A stretch of DNA of 32,000 bases from NCBI RefSeq assembly GCF_000014265.1, contig NC_008312.1:7500001-7532000 (forward strand), read 5' to 3'. The first letter of the stretch is position 1, and every line of letters begins with the position of its first letter. The translations under genes were made by a program, and so were the position numbers. Below the pieces are notes generated by a model that saw only the letters and a program-made list of their open reading frames with translations, ran no database searches and was not told the DNA's origin. Below, in pieces: positions 1-8,959 of this stretch. The DNA is from Trichodesmium erythraeum IMS101 (lineage in GTDB: Bacteria; Cyanobacteriota; Cyanobacteriia; Cyanobacteriales; Microcoleaceae).

Positions 1-624
1 TAGAAGAGTGTTGAAGAAATGATACTTAATGCCATAAATAATAAGAAAATACCATTTAAAACATTATTAATGGATTTGGGTATGCAACACAAAGATTAAT
101 GGGATTAATAGATAATGATAGAAAAATTTACTACTGTCCTTTAAAAAGTAATCGCGTGCGTTGATGATACACGAGGTGCAGAAAAATACAAAAAAGTTCA
201 AGATTTAAATTGGAATGAAGCTGAAAAAAAGTCAGGAAAAATAATTCAAATTAAAGGGTTTCCACTCTGCCAAAAGGTGAAAATATTTTGGATTAGGTGT
301 ATCTGCCAACTTCAGCAGAATATATTGTCACTAATGACTTGACTCAATCATCACTCTTATGATGTAGAGTTTGAATCTCAAACTAGATGGAAAATCGAAG
401 AATTTAATAGAGAAATTAAGCAATTAACAGGTTGAGGATTTTGTCAGTGTCGTCTGCGAATAATTCAGAAAAATCATATTGTTTGTGCAATGTTAGTGTG
501 GAACTTCTTCAAAAGATTTGCTACTAAAATAGGCAAAAGTATTTATCAAGTTAAGCATAAATTATTATCAAAATATCTAAGGGATCAATTGAAAAATTCT
601 TCAATTAAAATGAAAGTTATTTGA
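1..624 (+). pseudogene. C-terminal part of an IS4/IS701-superfamily DDE transposase, broken by stops and frameshifts; the 5' end lies outside the window
   Basis: Plus-strand translation gives KIPFKTLLMDLG, YCPLKSNR, KGFP..KVKIF, RWKIEEFNREIKQLTG, CQCR..IQKNHIVCAMLVWNFF and ends SSIKMKVI-stop (622-624). Several in-frame stops and frame changes link these blocks. Confidence 0.6.
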
Positions 625-759
625 CTTGAAAAACTCAAGGTTTTTTGAGTCAAAATAGTTAGGCGATTGCTAACGCAAAGCTCCGCTAACGCACATGACT
701 ATAGTGAAGTTCGTCGAAGTTGTCATGCGCTATATATAGTGTCTTTGCGTAAGTCCTGA

Positions 760-1114
760 TAGTTTGTAAGCGATGAACCCAATAATGTGCTTGACTACGG
801 TCGATATCAAACAAGATACCAGCTAAGTCAAAAGTCGGGTAACATTTAAAGTAGAAGAGAATGTCAAACAATTTGTCTTGTAGAGTGCGTAAACGAGCCA
901 AAAGACCTCCTCCAACAGAGCGTTGACGAGGTGAGCGAGTGCAATGTTTGCTCATACATTTGCCCAAAGGACTCCAACAAAGATTCAAATGCTTTACGGT
1001 TTAATGGGTGTTAATGCTCTGAGTAATCTGTCTTGTTTTAAGGCTCGTTCAATATTTAGCATTTTTATGGCAAATTTTTTCTGAAATTATTTTACCTTAT
1101 TTCCCAACAACTCT
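760..1114 (-). mobile_element. 5' fragment (left inverted repeat plus N-terminal coding part) of IS5/DDE_Tnp_4-like element ISX-A
   Basis: Reverse complement matches the first ~355 bp of the full copies at 7504 and 13374, including the terminal AGAGTTGTTGGGAAATAAGG (ends at 1114). Homology stops abruptly at ~759. ORF 686-988(-) encodes the HTH part ...RQRSVGGG..DKLFDILFYFKCYPTFDLAGILFDIDRSQAHYWVHRLQT. Confidence 0.85.
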
Positions 1115-1219
1115 AATGATTTTGGAAACGTATTGGATCGGATGGTACATGAATATTTTCCATCTCGTTATGAAAATGCTATGACGGCATTAAATGCTTT
1201 AAAAGCAAGTGCTCAATAA
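1115..1219 (+). pseudogene. 3' remnant of a gene truncated by the ISX fragment; the tail resembles the end of a Hanks-type kinase domain
   Basis: The in-frame reading NDFGNVLDRMVHEYFPSRYENAMTALNALKASAQ-stop starts directly at the IS terminus and has no start codon. The P..RY..A...L.AL pattern is only suggestive. Confidence 0.3.
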
Positions 1220-1220
1220 A

Positions 1221-2654
1221 ATGAAGAATAACAGACAAAAAAAGTTAAACTACTATCATCTACACTCAACAAATTTATAGCAAGTATAGTCGGGATTATT
1301 TTTGTAGCTACAGTTTTTTTTATTACAAGTTCTATAAACACGAAATATAAAAAAACTAATGATTATTACAATAGAGGTATTGATTATTATAGTCAGAGAG
1401 AACATGAAAAGGCGCTCACTCTGTTTAATGAAGCTATTCAACTCAATCCCAAATTTGTTTATGCTTATTACGGCAGAGGTGATGTTTATCGTGAACAAAG
1501 AAAATATGAGAAGGCAATCACTGAGTACAATAAAGTTATTGAAATCAATTCCGAATTTGCTGATGCTTACAATAAAAGGGGTTTGGTTTACTATAATCAG
1601 GGAGAAGATGAAAAGGCTATTGATGACTATAACCAAGCTATTAAAATCAATTCCGAATATCCTACTACTTACTACGACAGAGGCTTAGTTTACAAAGTTA
1701 GAGGAAATATTGAAAAAACGGTAGTGCTAAAAAGGAAAGGATAGAGGAAAATATAGGGTAACAGTAGTAGAGAGATGCATTTTAATGTCAGACCCCAAGC
1801 CACCCTGTCCATCATGCAATTCTGTCTTCAGTAGTCAAGAATGGTAAAACCCGTCATGGTAGACAGAATCACAAATGCCTAGACTGTGGTCGTCAATTTG
1901 TGGAAAATCCCAAGTGGACAAGAGTCTCAGAGCGTACCCAATCAACCCAAGAGGTGATAGACCAAATGCTACTTGAGAAGATACCCCTGGCTGGAATTGC
2001 CAGAGTGGCGTAGGTCTCAGAAGCATGGTTGCAGAATTATGTCAACCAGAAATACACAGAGTTCTCTGAGCAAGTGGAGGTACAACCGAAGGGGAAGGGA
2101 AGCTTAAAGGTACAAATGGATGAATTATGGTCATTTGTAGAGCATAAAGGAAATAAACAGTGGGTCTGGTTAGCTCTGGATGTAGACACCCGTGAAATTA
2201 TTGGATGCTATATTGGAGACCGTTCTACGGGTTCAGCTCAAAAGCTTTGGGAGTCGTTACCTGCAGTCTATCGTCAGTGTGCGGTTTGCTATACAGATTT
2301 CTGGTCGGCTGGCTGCAGAAGTCTTACCCAGCAAACGACATCAAGCTGTGGGGAAAGAAACTGGTAAAACAAGTTACATTGAACGACTTAACTGTACTTT
2401 ACGGCAACGAGTTTCACGTTTAGTGCGCAAGACCTTATCTTTTTCCAAAAAGCTAGAAAATCATATAGGGGCTATCTGGCATTTCATCCATCATTACAAT
2501 TCCTCATTACCTATAGCTTGATCCTTTCCTTTTTAGGACTACCGAAAAAACTATATCAGATTTTGAAAAAGCTGCTGACCTGTATAAAGAACAAGGAAAT
2601 AAAAAATGGTATCAAAACTCTCTAGATAGACTCAAAGAATTACGAAACAACTAA
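1221..2654 (+). pseudogene. Membrane-anchored TPR-repeat protein gene, inactivated by a frameshift in an A7 run (1237-1243) and by an IS1 insertion
   Basis: ATG 1221 gives MKNNRQKK, then a frame change to VKLLSSTLNKFIASIVGIIFVATVFFITSS (TM helix), followed by TPR units (AL.LFNEAIQLNPKFVYAYYGRGDVY.., AITEYNKVIEINSEFADAYNKRGLVY.., AIDDYNQAIKINSEYPTTYYDRGLVY..). The frame continues exactly across the IS1 element: ..RGNIEKT (ends 1719) joins ISDFEKAADLYKEQGNKKWYQNSLDRLKELRNN-stop (2552-2654). Confidence 0.8.
1720..2543 (+). mobile_element. IS1-family element (824 bp) with a degraded insA/insB-type transposase
   Basis: Terminal inverted repeats GGTAGTGCTAAAAAGGAAAGGAT (1720-1742) and ATCCTTTCCTTTTTAGGACTACC (2521-2543) match at 22/23 positions. 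There is a perfect 8-bp target duplication, GAAAAAAC, at 1712-1719 and 2544-2551. Translation gives CPSCNS..KNGKTRHGRQNHKCLDCGRQF, DELWSFVEHKGNKQWVWLALDVDTREIIGCYIGDRS and KETGKTSYIERLNCTLRQRVSRLVRKTLSFSKKLENH, with at least 2 frameshifts and 1 stop. Confidence 0.9.
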
Positions 2655-2704
2655 AAAAGTTTAAATAAAGGCATTCTAGAGATTAAAATTTTTTGCTTTA
2701 AATG

Positions 2705-2922
2705 GGCTTTGTTCCATAAAAGTTGCGATCGCAGCCAACGCCCTGACTGGTAGTTAGCTAGATTTTAACTTTGTAGGTTTTAGGCTTACCTATTTGAATC
2801 ATCAGGTTGACCATAGCATATTGTATGAATAACTCCACTGCCTGAGCATCAAATTGATGTTGTCGCAACTTCCCTCCAAGTATCACTTTGAGCCTAAACA
2901 TAGTGACTTCAGGGAGGAGGCG
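2705..2922 (-). mobile_element. 3'-terminal remnant of an IS903-group (IS5 family) element
   Basis: The reverse complement reads ..EVTMFRLKVILGGKLRQHQFDAQAVELFIQYAMVNLMIQIGKP.. This parallels the C-terminus of the copy at 4401-6627 and ends in the inverted repeat GGCTTTGTTCCAT (reverse complement of 2705-2717). It is cut off at 2922 by the ISY terminus. Confidence 0.7.
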
Positions 2923-3150
2923 CTCACGGGGTGACAAGCAAGCTGAAAAATAGATGTATCAAAGTTTTTACAGGTTTATAGCAATGAGCGCTGGCATCTT
3001 TACATACTACATAAATAGCTACAATGTAATATATGGCTCCAGTATGACTTGCAGTATGACCTGCATTTTTCATAAATTAGGCGATCGCTAAACGTTAAAG
3101 TTTTAAGGATGCGTGTAATGGTATTGACAATGAGTGAGTTGATAGCTTTA

Positions 3151-4177
3151 CAGCAATTTTCAGGTAAATAGACCACAGTGGTTGAACCAACCGAAGGCAT
3201 CATCTTCAGTAATGAAATTTACAACTTCAGCCATTGCTTGCTCCAGTGATTCATGGGTACGTGCCTCACAAGAACGGAGAAATTGCTTCAGTTTCGACCA
3301 ACAAAGCTCAATAGGTGGTAAATCAGGAGAGTAAGGGGGCAAAAACTTGACTTGAGCACCGACGGACTCAATGGCAACTCTGACACGTTCAGCATGATAA
3401 ACCTTGAGATTATCCATTACCACGATTGCCCCTTGCCACAACTGAGGTAGTAAGACCTGGGTTTAATAAAGTGATAAATACCTCAGTATTTGTACTTCCT
3501 GGTACAGTCATCGACGCAATCAGTCCATCCAGGTTCAAAGCACCAATCAAAGAAACATTTCCACCCTTGCTACCTGGGATACTACCAACAGCTCGTTCCC
3601 CATCTACGGCTCTGGCGAATAAACGAGACATTGACAAATTTATTCGGGCTTCATCAACAAATACTAAATTTCTGACATCAATTTTATCTAACCAACGTCG
3701 ATAGTCATGTCTTAACTCTTGGACTCTTGGGGTATCTTGCTCACTGGCATAAAGACTTTTTTTTTGCACCGTAAGCCTAATTTTTCTACGGCGCGATGCA
3801 TTGTGGAGATACTCACCCTAATTCCTGTTGTTTCTTGATAGCGAGCGCATAATTCTCTCAGCAATAAGTCATTTTTCTCCTCTACCAGAGATTTGATGAT
3901 GTTGAGATTATCATAGGAAATTATTGGCTGCTGATATCCTCCACGTCGTTTGGCCTCAATTTGTCCAAGAGTGACGATAATGACGCAACAAATTTCGTAC
4001 CATAGACAAGCTGACCTTAAATCTTTCAGCCAACTGACGTTGAGAGCCTTCTTTTGCTTCCCAAGCTATAATCACGCGACGACGCAAATCACTCGAATAC
4101 GATACTGGCATTAAATTTAACAATTACATCAAACCCATTTTACCGCACTTTGTGGTTCAATTACCTGAAAAGTGCTG
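3151..4177 (-). mobile_element. IS630-family element with a frameshifted transposase pseudogene
   Basis: The inverted repeats are CAGCAATTTTCAGGTAA.. (3151 on) and ..TTACCTGAAAAGTGCTG (to 4177), each flanked by TA. ORFs 3160-3441(-) and 3410-3769(-) encode VFVDEARINL..., VVMDNLKVYH..., PPYSPDLPPIELCWSKLKQFLR (DDE). The N-terminal HTH part (MPVSYSSDLRRRVI.., 3770-4115) is in other frames. Confidence 0.85.
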
Positions 4178-5461
4178 TAAAGTAGAAGAGAATGTCAAAC
4201 AATTTGTCTTGTAGAGTGCGTAAACGAGCCAAAAGACCTCCTCCAACAGAGCGTTGACGAGGTGAGCGAGTGCAATGTTTGCTCATACATTTGCCCAAAG
4301 GACTCCAACAAAGATTCAAATGCTTTACGGTTTAATGGGTGTTAATGCTCTGAGTAATCTGTCTTGTTTTAAGGCTCGTTCAATATTTAGCATTTTTATG
4401 GGCTTTGTTGCATAAAGATAGAAAATATGGTAACAATAAGCGTGTGGCACAAGAAACCTATAGTAAGGGTAGAGATGAGTAAGTCCAAGTCCAAGTCTAA
4501 GTACCTCTTCAGCAACTGGTCGTAGGTCTGATGCGTCCCTAAGACAGAGAGGGAGCCTCACATTTTGGTTGAATGATGAAGTCATAGAGCAGTGGGTAAA
4601 TCAACAAAAAACTGGACGTAGGGGGGCATCAAATACCTATAGCAATACGGCCATTGAATTTATGGTCACTATACAATTATTGTTTGGTCTGGCCGGACGA
4701 CAGACTGAAGGTTTTGTCGAATCTATATTTCAATTGATGGACTTAGATTTACCAGTACCAGACCATAGCACTGTATCCCGTCGCTTGCTCAAACTGAATA
4801 TCCAACTGCCAGTTATACCAACTAATGAAACTATTCCGTACAGTAGTAGACTCTACAGGGGTGAAAGTTTACGGAGAAGGTGAATGGAAAACAAGAGTTC
4901 ATGGTGTCAGTAAACGGCGTACATGGGGTAAATTACACCTAGGAGTAAATGAGGCTACAGGAGAGATTGTCAGTGGAGTAGTGACTACCAATGATGTCAG
5001 TGATTCACAAGCATTTTCTGAACTTGAGAAATGGAGTAGATGGGGAAATAGCCCAAGTATCAGGAGATGGAGCAGAGCACAAGTATAAATGTTACCAGAA
5101 AGCTAACCAACTAGGAGCAAAAGTAACAATTCCACCCAGGAAAAATGCAGTAATAGGTCAACACGGCAACTGCAAATGCCCACCTCATCCCAGAGATGAA
5201 AACCTCAGAAGAATCAGAAAGGTAGGACGCCAAAAATGGAAGCATGAAAGTGGTTACCATCGGCGTTCTCTATCAGAAACCACAATGTTTAGACTCAAAG
5301 TGAGCTTTGGAGGTCAGTTACGACGAGGAAAATTCGAAAGCCCAAGCAGTAGAGTTGTTCATACAATGTGCCATGCTGAACCGTATGATTCAAACAGGTA
5401 ATACTAATTTCATAAACTTAAGCTACACTTTTAGAAGTAACCTATTATAGAAAATGTCCCC

Positions 5462-5965
5462 ATGTCAGGAGTAGTAAAAATTGAGATAAATGAATCGGTA
5501 GAAACTCTCAAAAAACTTTTAAAAAGTGCGAGTACAGCTCAAGAAAAGGAAAGACTTCAAACTATTTACTGGTTGAAAACTCAAACAGTAGAAACAGTAA
5601 AAGAAATTGCGATAATGTTAGGACGCAATCGAGTCACAGTACAAAAATGGTTAGGGAAATATCGTACAGGTGGACTGAATCTTTTACTAGAACCAAAGAA
5701 AAATCTAGGAGGGAGGCCAAGTTCAATTCCACCAAATGTAATCGAGAAATTAGAAGCAGAATTGCAAAACCCGGAAGGTTTCCAAAGCTATGGTGAAATT
5801 CAACAGTGGTTAACGACTTGTTTTGACATCGAGCTGTCTTATCGAACAGTTCATCAATTAGTCAGATATAAATTAAAAAGTAAATTAAAAGTTCCACGTC
5901 CAAATCACATAAAACAAAATAAAGAAGCTCAAGAAAACTTTAAAAAAAACTCTCATCTCAACTAG
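5462..5965 (+). CDS. IS630-family transposase, N-terminal HTH part (orfA)
   Basis: A 167-aa ORF with HTH-like segments (VKEIAIMLGRNRVTVQKWLGKYRTGG; SYGEIQQWLTTCFDIELSYRTVHQLV). It ends just after an A8 run at 5942-5949. Confidence 0.8.
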   Translation: MSGVVKIEINESVETLKKLLKSASTAQEKERLQTIYWLKTQTVETVKEIAIMLGRNRVTVQKWLGKYRTGGLNLLLEPKKNLGGRPSSIPPNVIEKLEAELQNPEGFQSYGEIQQWLTTCFDIELSYRTVHQLVRYKLKSKLKVPRPNHIKQNKEAQENFKKNSHLN

Positions 5966-6534
5966 AAGAGAAAATTAAGTTAATTAATAAATATTCGGAA
6001 AATCAACTGCCAATTCGCTATTGGTGTCAAGACGAGACTAGAATTGGATTAAAAACTATAACAGGTAAAGTCATTACTGCTTGCGGTGTTAAGCCCATTG
6101 GTTTATATCAATGGCTATTTAAATATCTATGGCTTTATGGTTTAGTAGAACCAAAAACAGGAGATTCCTTTTTTTATGAATTTAGTCATCTAGATACTCC
6201 TTGCTTTGAAAGATTTTTAGAGCTTTTTTCTCAAACATATCCTGAAGAGATTCATATTATTCAACTAGATAACGGGCGAGGGCATCTAGGGAATGATTTA
6301 TCTATCCCTGATCACATCATTTTATTATTTCAACCTCCTTATTGTCCCGAAGTTAATCCCATTGAAAGACTGTGGAAAGAGGTGAAAAAATTCTTGAAAA
6401 ATCGAGTTTTCGATTCCTTAGATTTCTTACGCAGAATCCTGAGAAATATATTAACTGGATTTAGTCAAAAAGATATTGCTTCTTGTACAGGATATGATTT
6501 TATTCTTGAGGCATTATGTGTAGTCGGACTTTAG
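5944..6534 (+). CDS. IS630-family transposase, DDE catalytic part (orfB), in the -1 frame relative to orfA and without its own start codon
   Basis: The frame is open from 5944 to the TAG at 6532-6534: ..LEEKIKLINKYSENQLPIRYWCQDETRIGLK.., IHIIQLDNGRGH.., LFQPPYCPEVNPIERLWKEVKKFL (D, D, E). It is absent from the ORF track only because it has no ATG/GTG/TTG. Confidence 0.75.
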   Translation, partial: KKLSSQLEEKIKLINKYSENQLPIRYWCQDETRIGLKTITGKVITACGVKPIGLYQWLFKYLWLYGLVEPKTGDSFFYEFSHLDTPCFERFLELFSQTYPEEIHIIQLDNGRGHLGNDLSIPDHIILLFQPPYCPEVNPIERLWKEVKKFLKNRVFDSLDFLRRILRNILTGFSQKDIASCTGYDFILEALCVVGL

Positions 6535-6684
6535 GAAATTGGTATAAACCCAAAAGTCACAAAGTGAAAATCTAGTTAACTTCCATCAGGAAGTTTTTGG
6601 CGATCACTACTTTCATGCAACAAAGCCATTTTTATGGCAAATTTTTTCTGAAATTATTTTACCTTATTTCCCAACAACTCTAAT

Positions 6685-7503
6685 ATAAGTCGGCCTACTC
6701 TTCATCAATGGCGAGAGATATATTTAACCACAGGTTCAACAACTCAATCAGCCAATATACCTCCCCCTCAGACATCTAAAATTAAAAACTGGGAAGAATG
6801 TGAAAAGTTTGTTGAGGACACTAAGTGAGCAAACTCAAAAACAAATGGCTGCAAAATGGGGAAATTGTAGTCGTTTTACTATTAGTAGAAGTTTAAAAAA
6901 ACTTGGGTTTACTCGTAAAAAAAAACATATGGTTATCAAGAAAGAGACGAAATAGAAAGAGAAAAGTTGGCCTTAAAACTGAATCAAATAGACAAAAAAG
7001 ATATTGTTTATGTAGATGAAGCCGGAATAGATAATAGAGAAGATTATCCTTATGGTTATGGATTTAAAGGCATTCATAGTACCAGGCATGAAGTCCGGAA
7101 AAAGAACTGAGAGAGTTAGTTGGATTGCAGCTATAAATCAATCAAAAATGTTTGCTCCTTTAACATTTACAGGAAGTTGTAATCGTGACTTGTTTGAGAA
7201 CTGGTTGGAAAATTGTTCCCATACCAAAATTACAACCAGGGCAAGTGATTATATTGGATAACGCAACGTTTCATAAATCAGTTTATATTGAAGAATTAGT
7301 GGCCAAGCAAAGGTGTGAAATCTGGTATTTACCACCATACTCACCAGATTTTAATAAGATAGAATGTTGGTGGTTTGTGTTAAAAAACGATCTGCAAACA
7401 AAGACTGAAGAAATTTGATCATTTTAGAGACTGTGTGGATGCAGCTTTTATAGAAAATCCTCAAGTTTTTCCGTAGTGGTGAAAGATATCAATTATTAAT
7501 ATA
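6685..7503 (+). pseudogene. 5'-truncated, frameshifted IS630-family transposase; probably the original transposase of the 2981-8875 host element
   Basis: Translation gives SRPTLHQWREIYLTTGS.., QMAAKWGNCSRFTISRSLKKLGFTRKKK, IVYVDEAGIDNREDYPYGYG, and VIILDNATFHKS..WYLPPYSPDFNKIECWWFVLKN (ORFs 7052-7261 and 7185-7418). Confidence 0.75.
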
Positions 7504-8530
7504 AGAGTTGTTGGGAAATAAGGTAAAATAATTTCAGAAAAAATTTGCCATAAAAATGCTAAATATTGAACGAGCCTTAAAACAAGACAGATTACTCAGA
7601 GCATTAACACCCATTAAACCGTAAAGCATTTGAATCTTTCTTGGAGTCCTTTGGGCAAATGTATGAGCAAACATTGCACTCGCTCACCTCGTCAACGCTC
7701 TGTTGGAGGAGGTCTTTTGGCTCGTTTACGCACTCTACAAGACAAATTGTTTGACATTCTCTTCTACTTTAAATGTTACCCGACTTTTGACTTAGCTGGT
7801 ATCTTGTTTGATATCGACCGTAGTCAAGCACATTATTGGGTTCATCGCTTACAAACTATGTTAGAAGCAGCCTTGGGAGAAAAAAAGGCGCGATGCATTG
7901 CGTCAAATTAACAGTGTCCAAGGATTCATAGAGCGTTTCCCTCGAGTAGAACGAGTGATAATGGATGGCACAGAACGGCCAGTACAAAGACCAACTCACT
8001 CTGAAAAACCAAAACTGAATTATTCAGGAAAAAAAAAGCGTCACACTCGCAAACATCTAGTAGCAGTTAATCAAAACAAGAAAGTGCTGGTATTGAGTCA
8101 GGCACGAGAAGGAAAGCTGCATGAAGTCGAAGTTCCATGACCAGGAAAAATTGATAGGAAATATACCTCTAGAGATTCCGATAGAAGTAGACAGTGGTTT
8201 CCAAGGTCTCCACGCATCAGTATGAAAATATCCGAATCCCCCATAAAAAACCAAAAGGGGGAGAGTTAAGTGAGCAACAAAAACCAGATTTTCGGAAATT
8301 GAGTCAATCAAGGGTAGTCTGTGAAAACGCCTTGGCGGGCGTCAAGCGTTATGGAGCTGTCAGTCAGATTTCTCGTAATCACAAGTATGATTTTGATGAC
8401 AAATTAATGCTAACAGCAACTGGTGAGTGGAACTTATATCTGATGACAGCATAAGTAGTCAAATTACTAGGGAAATATGTCAAGTTTTCGTTTGAGTTTT
8501 TTCTCTCCTAAGTTATTTCCCAACAACTCT
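7504..8530 (+). mobile_element. ISX-A, full-length copy A (1027 bp), IS5/DDE_Tnp_4 (Harbinger-like) family; the transposase is broken into at least 5 frame segments
   Basis: There are 18-bp perfect inverted repeats, AGAGTTGTTGGGAAATAA (7504-7521) and TTATTTCCCAACAACTCT (8513-8530), flanked by ATA on both sides. Coding blocks are MLNIERALKQDRLLRALT, RQRSVGGG..FYFKCYPTFDL.., VIMDGTERPVQRP..NYSGKKKRHT, FHDQEKLIGNIP..EVDSGFQG, and QYENIRIPHKKPKGGELS..VVCENALAGVKRYGAV. Confidence 0.9.
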
Positions 8531-8923
8531 ATAGAATATAGTTGATCTTTGAGGCGATTCTCTCACTCGAGAGGCTTCGCGAATACACTCCCATAACACT
8601 GTGATTCTTTTGTTGTCAGTTAAATCAAAGTGCAACGCGGGAGTCTATAATACCAAATTTTAATCCGAGCTGCCATGCTATAATTATTGCCTGGCAAGGA
8701 TTTTCTGACATCCTTATGTCACATTATTTTTTCAGGCATGGCATAAAACTTTAAGGTAGTGCGATTGCGCCTCCGTTCCGTTGTCACGATCGCATAGAAA
8801 AAATGTCAGTCATGTAGCAGGATGTATACTACATGAATGACATTGGTAGTATGTAAAGATGCCAGCGCTCATTGCTATAACTGAATAATAGTCCAAATCA
8901 AATGGAAAACTTGTTGAGAATAA

Positions 8924-8959
8924 GGGAGAGTTTGTGAACTCTTTGCCACAAACTCTCCC
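8924..8959. repeat. GC-rich palindrome in the left end of ISY copy 1
   Basis: GGGAGAGTTTGTG (8924-8936), a 10-nt loop, then CACAAACTCTCCC (8947-8959): perfect 13-bp arms. Confidence 0.9.

Larger units (their letters stand above)
5404..6542 (+). mobile_element. IS630-family element, the innermost insertion and the only IS here with apparently complete coding capacity (two overlapping ORFs)
   Basis: The imperfect inverted repeats are CTAATTTCATAAACTTAAGCTAC (5404 on) and GTAGTCGGACTTTAGGAAATTGG (to 6542), flanked by TA (5402-5403 and 6543-6544). It interrupts the C-terminal codons of the IS903-group transposase. Confidence 0.8.
4401..6627 (+). mobile_element. IS903-group (IS5 family) element with a frameshifted transposase; it carries a nested IS630-family element
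   Basis: The inverted repeats are GGCTTTGTTGCAT (4401-4413) and ATGCAACAAAGCC (6615-6627). There is a 9-bp target duplication, ATTTTTATG, at 4392-4400 and 6628-6636. ORFs 4569-4883, 4825-5088 and 4991-5401 give RRGASNTYSNTAIEFMVTIQLLFGLAGRQTEGFVESIFQLMDLDLPVPDHSTVSRR, VVDSTGVKVYGEGEWK.., and ..GYHRRSLSETTMFRLKVSFGG in three frames. Confidence 0.9.
4178..6681 (-). mobile_element. ISX-A copy, minus orientation and 3'-truncated at 4178. It is interrupted at 4400/6628 by an IS903-group element
   Basis: 4178-4400 and 6628-6681 together reproduce the reverse complement of the first ~270 bp of ISX, ending in ..CCTTATTTCCCAACAACTCT (6681). Like the 760-1114 fragment, it carries the variant CTTTGTTGG, where the full copies have CTTTCTTGG. 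Confidence 0.85.
2981..8875 (+). mobile_element. Host element bounded by 30-bp perfect inverted repeats, probably an IS630-family IS. It is now filled with four later IS insertions
   Basis: GCAATGAGCGCTGGCATCTTTACATACTAC at 2981-3010 has its exact reverse complement at 8846-8875. The ends are flanked by TATA (2977-2980 and 8876-8879), which could be a TA or a TATA duplication. Weaker inverted similarity extends ~140 bp inward. The non-nested parts (2981-3150, 6682-7503, 8531-8875) total ~1.34 kb and include the IS630-type transposase remnant at 6685-7503. Confidence 0.55.

Noticed and set aside
1256-1688. ORFs 1256-1636(-) and 1359-1688(+), 109-126 aa, Ile/Phe/Asn-rich
   Set aside because: These are wrong-frame and antisense shadows of the TPR repeat region. 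The TPR frame gives clean repeat consensus, and these two give low-complexity sequence.
3426-3704. Plus-strand ORFs 3426-3704 and 3490-3675
   Set aside because: They are antisense to the clearly recognisable IS630-family transposase blocks on the minus strand.
4325-4585. ORF 4325-4585(-), 86 aa
   Set aside because: It spans the junction between the ISX fragment and the inserted IS903-group element, so it is a chance open frame created by the insertion.
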